36,456 bases of DNA from Spirosomataceae bacterium. GTDB taxonomy: Bacteria > Bacteroidota > Bacteroidia > Cytophagales > Spirosomataceae. Below are positions 1-7,522 of the stretch, piece by piece. Position numbers and translations under genes: made by a program. The stretch spans positions 1 through 36,456 of the forward strand of contig JALOLV010000009.1 of NCBI GenBank assembly GCA_025455785.1, read 5' to 3'. Positions within the stretch are counted from its first letter, which is position 1; each line of letters begins with the position of its first letter. The notes beneath the pieces were generated by a model that saw nothing but the letters and a program-made list of their open reading frames with translations, ran no database searches and had not been told where the DNA came from.

Positions 1-1
1 A

Positions 2-499
2 AACGAAAAGAACAAAAAACCCAAATTATCAAACAAAAGAAAATTGGGGAAATTAGAAGTTTCAGCTATCGGATTGGGCGTACAAAATATGTGGCGGACG
101 TATCAAACCACACTACCAAACCGCAAAGAAATGCACAATATCATTCACAAAGCATATGATAGCGGTGTTACATTATTTGACACAGCTGAAGCGTATGGAC
201 CTTTTGAATGCGAGAAAATATTGGGCGAGGCAACTGCATCTTTTCGGGATAAAATTGTAATAGAAACAAAATTTGGTTTTGAAATTGGCGAGGACGGAAA
301 ACGTACTGGCAAGCAGAATAGTCAACCCGAACATATCAAAACTGTTGTAGAAGCAATGTTAAAAAGACTTCGCACCGACAGAATTGATTTAATATATCAA
401 CACAGAGTTGACCCAAATGTGCCAATCGAAGATGTAGTTGGAGCAATAAGAAGTGAAATCAATGTCTCAAAACTAATCAATTACGAGAGAACAATATAG
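2..499 (+). pseudogene. Aldo/keto reductase, N-terminal ~135 aa only; truncated, and the 5' end may lie just outside the window
   Basis: The translation KLEVSAIGLG...FDTAEAYGPFECEKILGEA...LKRLRTDRIDLIYQHRVDPNVPIED matches the conserved AKR N-terminal half. The frame is open back to nt 2 (NEKNKKPKLSNKRKLGKLEV). After GAIR (about nt 450) the sequence loses AKR similarity and stops at 499, whereas AKRs are about 330 aa. Confidence 0.65.
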
Positions 500-631
500 A
501 AAAGAGATTAGATTATTGATGATTTTTGTAAAAAGTTAGCTTTGAACAGGAAAAAATTATTTTTTTAAATACTAACCTATTCATTATTATGTTTTTACAG
601 TTATAATAAAATAAAGTAAGGGGTAAGATAA

Positions 632-661
632 CAAAAAAGGCTGCCTAAAACTTAGACAGCC
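632..661 (-). terminator. Rho-independent terminator for ORF 661..900
   Basis: On the minus-strand RNA a GGCUGUC/GGCAGCC stem (7 bp, one G-U wobble that exists only on the minus strand) has a 9-nt loop and is followed by UUUUUUGU. It overlaps the TAG stop. Confidence 0.55.
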
Positions 662-900
662 TAATGAATATTAAATAAGTTAGAATATGTTTCTTTTAGA
701 ATGGTCTTAATACATTTTTTACTACATGATATTTGTCTCAATTCTGAAAAGATAGTAGATATTGATATATTTAATTTATTTAATGCTTCCCTGTCAATAA
801 AACCATTCTGAAGACTATAATAGAATGATGTCGGAAGAGCTTCAATGTTTTCTTTGAGAATATCTTTTGCAAATTGATTTTCCATATTTTGTAATTCCAA
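661..900 (-). CDS. Hypothetical 79-aa protein with no recognisable domain
   Basis: ATG-initiated ORF followed directly by a terminator hairpin. It is divergent from ORF 1174..1389. I recognise no motif. Confidence 0.4.
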   Translation of the reverse strand: MELQNMENQFAKDILKENIEALPTSFYYSLQNGFIDREALNKLNISISTIFSELRQISCSKKCIKTILKETYSNLFNIH

Positions 901-1128
901 CTTATCATTGGACGAAGCCGCACAATGATAAACTGTTGATTATTAATTAGTTAATAGACCCGATTTTGGGGTCAAAAATCTCACAATTATAAATCAAATT
1001 TACAATATTCGCAATACCTAACTGCCAAATTTTTTAATGAGTAATTAATCGTAAATTGTACAATTATAAATGCTTTATAATAAGTATTTTAACAATTGAA
1101 ATTTGTTGTAATTCTGAAAAATTTTCTG

Positions 1129-1136
1129 TAAATTTG
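1129..1136 (+). promoter_or_regulatory. Candidate Bacteroidetes-type -7 box (TAAATTTG) for ORF 1174..1389
   Basis: It matches the TAnnTTTG consensus 38 nt upstream of the ATG. A TTTG lies at 1102-1105, 23 nt upstream, as a possible -33 element. Confidence 0.3.
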
Positions 1137-1173
1137 TATAATGTCAAATGCTTGATTTATAGCTGATTATAGT

Positions 1174-1389
1174 ATGAAATTTACATTGAAGCCACAAACC
1201 GTGAAGGTGAAATGGTTGATTGATGGTTTCCCCGATTATTTTATTGGTAACGACAAAAAAATGTATCGTTTTTCAAAACAGAAAAGTGTAAACATGGTAC
1301 TGAACGGATACACAAAGGGCTACTACCTAAATCGCAAGTTTTATAGTCTCAGTAGGCTTCGTCCGTTACTGATTAAAATCAAGGTTTAA
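1174..1389 (+). CDS. Hypothetical 71-aa protein with a weak NUMOD4-like motif
   Basis: The pattern W-x-I-x-G-F-P-x-Y-x-I-x-x-D-x-x-M-Y-R ... NGY resembles the NUMOD4 motif of phage or HNH-associated proteins. The 3' end overlaps the integrase 3' end by 24 nt in convergent orientation. Confidence 0.35.
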   Translation: MKFTLKPQTVKVKWLIDGFPDYFIGNDKKMYRFSKQKSVNMVLNGYTKGYYLNRKFYSLSRLRPLLIKIKV

Positions 1390-2532
1390 AGCATCAAATG
1401 GACTCGTAACCTTTTTAAGTGCTTTGTTGTGTACGTGAGTATATCGCATCGTCGTAACAATATTGCTATGGCCCAGCAACTGTTGTATATACCGCAAGTC
1501 AATACCCGATTCGAGCAAGTGGGTGGCAAAGCTGTGCCTAAGCGTATGGATTGTAGCTCGGCTTTCTATCTTGCATTTTTTGATTACGTTACCGAATACC
1601 AACTGAACACTTCGCTCGCTTATGGGCTCCCGGTCGTAGTCGTTTTCAAAGAGATATTCGGTTGGTCGTTCAATTCGGTAATATGCTCGGAGTAGCTCTA
1701 AAACCTTGTCCGATAATAAAACATAGCGGTCTTTTTTGCCTTTTCCGCTCTTGATTAAAATCGTTTTTCGGTATTTATTAATGTGTGCAATTTTTAGATT
1801 TGTAGCTTCTCTCAATCGTAATCCGGCCGAGTAAATCAAACTAAAGATAGCTTTATATTTTAAACTTTTTGTTTGTCTAATTATCAATTCTACTTCTTCT
1901 TTACTCAATACGGCTGGTAATATCTTGGGTTGTATAATTTTAGGGTATTGAAAATAGCCCATATTCGGTTGTCCGAGGAGATTTTCTCGGTAATATTTGA
2001 AGGCATTGATTACCACATTAATCGACGAACCACTTAGTCTATGTTTTTTTACGAGATAGGCGAGGTAGGTTTCAAATTGATTTTTGTCGATTTCGTTTAG
2101 TGATGTCGGACTAAAATAGTGAATCATCCTGATTAACTGGCTTGTATAGTTGCCGATTGTCTTGTAGCTATAATTCCTAATCCGCATGTGTTGGTTCAAT
2201 TCGCGAATAATCGGGTGGTTGTAGTCTTCTCGATACGAAGTACTACTGTTTTTCCAAGGTTTTCGGGTTTTTATAAGGTATTGGTTGATTTCTTCAACAG
2301 TAACATTGGGTTTGTATTGATAAATTATTTGTTGCGAAAAACTACAATTTTCTTTGCCGAATAGCTTTCCAAGCATCACTACACTTTGGCGAGTATTCGG
2401 AACAACCCAGCATCGCCGACTACGGCTAAATCTTCTTTGCGGGATTTTTTCTATTAGGCGATTGGCATAAATATCGTTGAATCGAACAGCCAACAACTGT
2501 GTATCTCTTTTGTCAATATCAATCTGAACCAT
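1366..2532 (-). CDS. Tyrosine-type site-specific recombinase/integrase
   Basis: The C-terminal catalytic domain carries LRLREATNL (Arg I), HTLRHSFATHLLESG (H-x-x-R box) and LLGHSNIVTTMRYTHV (His/Tyr nucleophile box). An N-terminal SAM-like domain is also present. Confidence 0.93.
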   Translation of the reverse strand: MVQIDIDKRDTQLLAVRFNDIYANRLIEKIPQRRFSRSRRCWVVPNTRQSVVMLGKLFGKENCSFSQQIIYQYKPNVTVEEINQYLIKTRKPWKNSSTSYREDYNHPIIRELNQHMRIRNYSYKTIGNYTSQLIRMIHYFSPTSLNEIDKNQFETYLAYLVKKHRLSGSSINVVINAFKYYRENLLGQPNMGYFQYPKIIQPKILPAVLSKEEVELIIRQTKSLKYKAIFSLIYSAGLRLREATNLKIAHINKYRKTILIKSGKGKKDRYVLLSDKVLELLRAYYRIERPTEYLFENDYDREPISERSVQLVFGNVIKKCKIESRATIHTLRHSFATHLLESGIDLRYIQQLLGHSNIVTTMRYTHVHNKALKKVTSPFDALNLDFNQ

Positions 2533-2813
2533 TGCATTAGTCGAATAATAGGCACTAAAATACGGAATTTTCTTAAATTTTCGAGGCTATTTTTCTGATT
2601 TTGTTTTTTTGAAATGGGCTTATGCAAATCATATAATTATATTACACAAAACTAAAAGTCGGTCGCCTAAATCTTCTCCCACTGTGGACTTGGGGTTGGG
2701 GTTTTGATAAAACCTTCAATTTATTATTTTTTTTAACACTTTTTTCATGGCGTCGGGTTTGCAAAACCAACGCCATGAAATTCTAAAATTTAATACTTTT
2801 ATTCAATCGTAAC

Positions 2814-2855
2814 TAAAAAGCAAACCACCAATGTTTTTTAGACGCTTGGTGGTTT
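2814..2855 (-). terminator. Rho-independent terminator of the M16 peptidase gene
   Basis: Perfect 10-bp stem AAACCACCAA/TTGGTGGTTT (2822-2831 and 2846-2855), followed on the minus strand by GCUUUUUAG. It starts 20 nt downstream of the stop at 2875. Confidence 0.7.
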
Positions 2856-2874
2856 AATAAAATTAAATTCTTTC

Positions 2875-5679
2875 TTATTTCTTGGTTTCGGGAAGCAACA
2901 CAATTCTGATAAAATTATCACCATTGAAATACTTATTTGCAGTTACTTTTGTACTTGCAGGTGTAATTTTTTCGAGTTCTTCTGAGTTCTTCAAAACGTC
3001 TTTTGCGTCTTCACCCATGAGGTATTTACTCGATAGATAACTTGCCCAAAAATTATTGTCTTTGAGTTGCTCTTCGGTATCGCGTTTGTCTTCGGCTTTA
3101 AATTTATCAATATCTTTTTGGTCGGCCCCGTTCTGACGAATCTTGTTTAGCTCGTCTAATGTTGCATTGATTAGTTTCTCAACATTCTCTGGCGAACATC
3201 CAAAATTGACTTGCAAACTATAACGCTGTGCTGGTACTTTTGATGCACTCGCCGAGCATCTTGGGCTGTAAACACCGCTCTCTTCTTCACGGAGTCTATC
3301 AATTAGTTTTAATTGCAGAATCTCGCCCAAAGCACTGATTTGCTGACTGTTATCTTTGTTATACTCCAAAGCACCTCCTAAATACAATGTAACACTCGCT
3401 TTGTTTTCAGTACCTTTGTAAATCGTTTTTGAGACTTTTCCTTTTGGCGGATAAATTTTCAAATCTTTGAATGTCTCTTTGCGTTTGATACTTGGCAGAC
3501 CACCGATGTATTTTTCGAGCAATGGTTTGGCCGTTTCTGGATTGATATTGCCAACAAATGTAAAGATAAAATCAGAAGCATCGGCAAAACGCTCTTTGTA
3601 GATAGCTAAGGCACGGTCTGGATTAATTTTCTCGAATCGTTCAACGGTCATCGGCATTCTTCTTGGATGATAACTACTCAAAATCGCCGATACGCTATCT
3701 CCAAAGACCTTTTCTGGTGTTGGGTTTTTGATGAGATTACCCAATAAATCTTTTTGGTTATTCATGAATCCTTTTACGGCATCTTCGTCTTTTCGAGGTT
3801 TGGTAAATTGAGCATAGACCAATTGCAAGGCCGTCTCAAAATCTTTTACCGATGACGAACCAAAGATGTTTTCGGATGTTGCACCAACCGAAGCATTGAC
3901 ACGTGCGATTTTACCCGTCATATATTTGCGAAGCTGAATGGCATTGAAATCGGCGATTCCACTCACACCCACTACTGTCGATGCAAGCGAGGCATTGTCG
4001 GCGTCTGCGTCACCATAAAGGTTTGTTCCGCCGTAGCTGGCACCACGAATCTGAATTTCGTCGTTTTTGAAATCCGTAGGTTTGATAATGGCTCTTGCCC
4101 CGTTGGCAAATGTGTATTCAGTAACACCAATTTCGGCGGTTTTCTTTTCCGAAACAACTTTTGTGCCTGTTGGCAAACTCGATAGGAGCGGAGCCGAGAC
4201 GGTTTCATCTTTATAGGCTGTAACATCTTTACCAGCCGAGTTGAGCCATTCTTTGATTTGGGCTTCGGTCGGCAATTTGTCTTTCATGCTTTCGGGGGCT
4301 TGGACCAATACCACACGGTTTTCTGGTGTAATAAATTTACTTGCCAGAGCATTTACTTCTTCAATCTTGATGCCTTCGAGGTGCTGTTTGGCAAAATTAA
4401 AGTCGAATTCTACATCGGTCATTGGCACTTCATTCAAGAAACAATTAACTAATTCATCCGTAAAACTTTCAGAATCGAGTTTGTCTTTTTCTTTTACATT
4501 TTTTTCTAAGCCAGTCATGTACTGTTTTTTGGCTCTGTCAAACTCAGTTGCCGTAAATCCGAATTTTTGAACTCTGGCGTTTTCGTCTAAAACAGCTTTT
4601 GTAGCACGCTCGATGTCCGTTCCTTTTGCAACTGTGAATACATTAAACGCATCAATATTACCCAAGAATCCACCGTAATTGCTTGCTCCAAACTGAAAAG
4701 GTGGGTCGGCCTTTTGTTGAAGTTCTTGGATTCGCTGTTGCAGCATTGAGTTAAACAAATTGATGGCAATCTGTGTGCGACGGTCATTGCCCGTAATCTC
4801 CTTACGTTCGGGTTGTTTGTACATAATCTGAACGATTGGATAAGGCTGCTCTTTGTCAGTTACAATGGCAACATCGGTTCCACCCAAGAGCGGAATATCA
4901 AACTTTGTTCTTGGCTTTGGATTAGTCGGTGCAGGAATCTTCTCAAAATATTTTTTAATCAAGCCTTCAACAAGATTTACATCGAAATCTCCGACCGCAA
5001 CAACTGCCTGTAAATCAGTGCGATACCAATCTTTGTAGAACTGCTCCAATACGGCTGGTTTGAAATTCTGAAGGATGTCATCCTTTCCGATTGGCAGACG
5101 TTTTGCGTATTGTGAGCCTTTGAGCATGACTGGCAATGTTTTTTCGAGCATACGTGCCTGAGCCCCTTTACTTCCACGAGACTCTTCCAAAACAACACCA
5201 CGCTCTTTATCAATTTCGATAGGGTCGAGGGTGGCTTGATGAGCCCAGTCGGAGAGTACCAAAAAGTATTTCTCAAAAACTGCCATTGTGTCGGTTGGCA
5301 CTGGCAATTGATAAACTGTTTCGTCGAAACTGGTGTAAGCATTGAGGTCGGCACCGAATTTTAAACCCGTTTTTTGAAGATAACTTACCAATTCATTTTT
5401 AGGGAAATTCTTTGTACCATTAAAACTCATGTGTTCCATGAAGTGAGCCAAACCTTGTTGTTCATCAGTTTCGAGGATTGAACCCGCCTTGACTGCCAAT
5501 CTTAGTTGGGCTCGGTTTTTAGGTTCGGAGTTTTTACGGATGTAGTACGTAAGACCATTGCTCAACTTTCCAATTTTAACCTGTGGGTCCATTGGAAGGG
5601 GCTGTGAAAGGTCTTGGGCATTTGTAAGTGACGGGATGATAAGCCCGATGAAAAGAAATAATCTGGAAATCTTCTGCAT
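2875..5679 (-). CDS. M16 (pitrilysin/insulinase) family zinc peptidase, secreted, two-unit architecture
   Basis: Inverted zinc motif HxxEH in GLAHFMEHMSFNGT. The length (~934 aa) fits tandem M16 active and inactive halves. I chose the ATG at 5679 because it gives the signal peptide MQKISRLFLFIGLIIPSLTNAQ; the track start at 5736 adds 19 unlikely residues. Confidence 0.92.
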   Translation of the reverse strand: MQKISRLFLFIGLIIPSLTNAQDLSQPLPMDPQVKIGKLSNGLTYYIRKNSEPKNRAQLRLAVKAGSILETDEQQGLAHFMEHMSFNGTKNFPKNELVSYLQKTGLKFGADLNAYTSFDETVYQLPVPTDTMAVFEKYFLVLSDWAHQATLDPIEIDKERGVVLEESRGSKGAQARMLEKTLPVMLKGSQYAKRLPIGKDDILQNFKPAVLEQFYKDWYRTDLQAVVAVGDFDVNLVEGLIKKYFEKIPAPTNPKPRTKFDIPLLGGTDVAIVTDKEQPYPIVQIMYKQPERKEITGNDRRTQIAINLFNSMLQQRIQELQQKADPPFQFGASNYGGFLGNIDAFNVFTVAKGTDIERATKAVLDENARVQKFGFTATEFDRAKKQYMTGLEKNVKEKDKLDSESFTDELVNCFLNEVPMTDVEFDFNFAKQHLEGIKIEEVNALASKFITPENRVVLVQAPESMKDKLPTEAQIKEWLNSAGKDVTAYKDETVSAPLLSSLPTGTKVVSEKKTAEIGVTEYTFANGARAIIKPTDFKNDEIQIRGASYGGTNLYGDADADNASLASTVVGVSGIADFNAIQLRKYMTGKIARVNASVGATSENIFGSSSVKDFETALQLVYAQFTKPRKDEDAVKGFMNNQKDLLGNLIKNPTPEKVFGDSVSAILSSYHPRRMPMTVERFEKINPDRALAIYKERFADASDFIFTFVGNINPETAKPLLEKYIGGLPSIKRKETFKDLKIYPPKGKVSKTIYKGTENKASVTLYLGGALEYNKDNSQQISALGEILQLKLIDRLREEESGVYSPRCSASASKVPAQRYSLQVNFGCSPENVEKLINATLDELNKIRQNGADQKDIDKFKAEDKRDTEEQLKDNNFWASYLSSKYLMGEDAKDVLKNSEELEKITPASTKVTANKYFNGDNFIRIVLLPETKK

Positions 5680-5942
5680 AATGAATGGAGGATAATGGTT
5701 GTGGTAAATGTTAAGTTTTAAGTAACACTTTATCATTAAAAACGTAAACTGTTGTTAAATATTGAATGTTCGCAAATCTATTGAGTTTTTTTGGATTCTT
5801 TTTATGATTTATTAAGGATTCTAAAGTCCGCAAAGACTTTTGAGGTTCTCAGTATGGCTATCGTCCGACCTCGGTTTAAAATTTTTGGCGTTCTAAACAA
5901 AAGCTATTTCTATGAGTTGTCTTCATTATAACCATTTTATCA

Positions 5943-7484
5943 ATGACAATACGATTAATTCTTGGCGACCAACTCAATTACAGACACTCTTGGTTTAATG
6001 CAATTTCGGATGAAGTTATCTATGTGATGATGGAGGTACGACAAGAGACCGATTATGCCAAACATCATATTCAGAAAGTACTTGCTTTTTTTTCGGCCAT
6101 GCGGAGTTTTGCCAGCGAATTGAGTCATAATGGACATAAAGTGGAATACTTTAAGTTGGATGATGCACAAAATACGCAAACAATCATTGGCAACATCGAA
6201 AAACTCATTGAAAAGTATTCTATAAATCACTTTGAATATCAACTACCTGACGAATACCGTTTGGATTTGCAGATGTATGAAATCAAAAAAGATTTATTAA
6301 AAAAATACAATATCACAACTCTTGCCTATGATACCGAACATTTCTTGAGTACTCGCACCGAACTCGGTGAGTTTTTTAGAGGCAAAAAGATGTTTTTGAT
6401 GGAGTCTTTTTACCGAATGATGCGTAAAAAATACAGTATTCTGATGGACGAAGGTGAGCCGCTGACTGGTAAATGGAATTATGATGCCGAAAACCGAAAG
6501 AAACTCCCCAAAAACCATCGACCAGTCGAACCCTTGACTTTTGATAAAGATTTGAGTGAAATCTACAATGTTGTACAAAACCAAGAAATTGTAACAATTG
6601 GGTACGTTAATCCAAAACAATTTATTTGGCCAGTTACTCGTACTGAGTGTTTGGCTTTGCTCAATTTTTTTGTAGAGAATTGTCTTGAATTTTTTGGAAC
6701 GTACGAAGACGCCATGGCGAGCCAATACTGGTCGGTGTATCATTCAAGACTTTCGTTTGCGATGAATGTTAAACTGCTATCGCCGCTCGAAGTTGTCAAT
6801 GCTGCGGTTGTGTTTTGGGAGAAAAACCAAGATAAAGTTTCGATTGCTCAAATCGAAGGTTTTGTTAGGCAAATTATCGGCTGGCGAGAATATATGCGAG
6901 GTATATATTGGCTTAAAATGCCTGATTATGAGCAGTTAAATTATTTTAATCACTCAAATAAGTTGCCGCCGTATTTCTGGAATGGACAGACCAAAATGAA
7001 TTGTCTGAAAAATTCATTGGGCCAATCACTCAACTTGGCTTATGCTCATCATATTCAACGATTGATGGTCATCGGCAACTTTTGTTCATTGGCGGGTATT
7101 CATCCCGACGAGGTAGATGAATGGTATTTGGGTATTTATATTGACGCTTTGCAGTGGGTCGAAATTACGAATACCCGTGGTATGAGCCAATTTGCCGATG
7201 GTGGAATCGTGGGTACAAAACCGTATGTTTCTTCGGCCAATTACATTGATAAAATGAGCGATTATTGCGAAGGCTGTTTCTATGACAAAACTAAGAAGGT
7301 AGGCCATAAGGCTTGCCCATTTAATAGCCTCTACTGGCATTTCTATGACCGACACGCCGATAAACTTGCCAATAATCCGAGAATCGGGATGATGTATGTT
7401 ACTTGGGGTAAAATGCCCGAAAATCAACGTAAAGAAATTTTGAATCAAGCCGAAATTTATCTCAACCGCCTTGATGAATTGTAG
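5943..7484 (+). CDS. Cryptochrome/photolyase family protein of the Fe-S cluster (FeS-BCP, PhrB/CryB-like, COG3046) type; probable (6-4) photolyase
   Basis: The N terminus MTIRLILGDQLN...VMMEVRQETDYAKHHIQK is typical of the 'deoxyribodipyrimidine photolyase-related' family. Four Cys (MNC..., CEGC, ACPF) are spaced +88, +3 and +13, which as I recall matches Cys350/438/441/454 of Agrobacterium PhrB. Confidence 0.88.
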   Translation: MTIRLILGDQLNYRHSWFNAISDEVIYVMMEVRQETDYAKHHIQKVLAFFSAMRSFASELSHNGHKVEYFKLDDAQNTQTIIGNIEKLIEKYSINHFEYQLPDEYRLDLQMYEIKKDLLKKYNITTLAYDTEHFLSTRTELGEFFRGKKMFLMESFYRMMRKKYSILMDEGEPLTGKWNYDAENRKKLPKNHRPVEPLTFDKDLSEIYNVVQNQEIVTIGYVNPKQFIWPVTRTECLALLNFFVENCLEFFGTYEDAMASQYWSVYHSRLSFAMNVKLLSPLEVVNAAVVFWEKNQDKVSIAQIEGFVRQIIGWREYMRGIYWLKMPDYEQLNYFNHSNKLPPYFWNGQTKMNCLKNSLGQSLNLAYAHHIQRLMVIGNFCSLAGIHPDEVDEWYLGIYIDALQWVEITNTRGMSQFADGGIVGTKPYVSSANYIDKMSDYCEGCFYDKTKKVGHKACPFNSLYWHFYDRHADKLANNPRIGMMYVTWGKMPENQRKEILNQAEIYLNRLDEL

Positions 7485-7522
7485 TATTTGTTTAGATTTG
7501 TTGAAAGAACCCGGAATAGTCA

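Larger units (their letters stand above)
450..2800. mobile_element. Possible integrase-borne islet or remnant inserted into or replacing the 3' part of the AKR gene; boundaries are approximate
   Basis: The AKR reading frame loses homology near 450. A tyrosine integrase lies at 1366-2532 with two tiny orphan ORFs. The flanks are AT-rich non-coding DNA, and no AKR C-terminal half appears anywhere in the window. I could not find a clear direct-repeat att pair. Confidence 0.3.

Noticed and set aside
1429-1695. 88-aa plus-strand ORF.
   Set aside because: It lies entirely antisense within the catalytic domain of the tyrosine integrase and has no motif.
3972-5354. Track ORFs inside the M16 peptidase gene: 3972..4226(-), 4241..4570(+), 4258..4452(+), 4587..4787(-), 4813..5013(+), 4853..5038(+) and 4977..5354(-).
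   Set aside because: All are out-of-frame or antisense overlaps of a 934-aa gene with clear M16 motifs. Their translations are low-complexity with no motifs.
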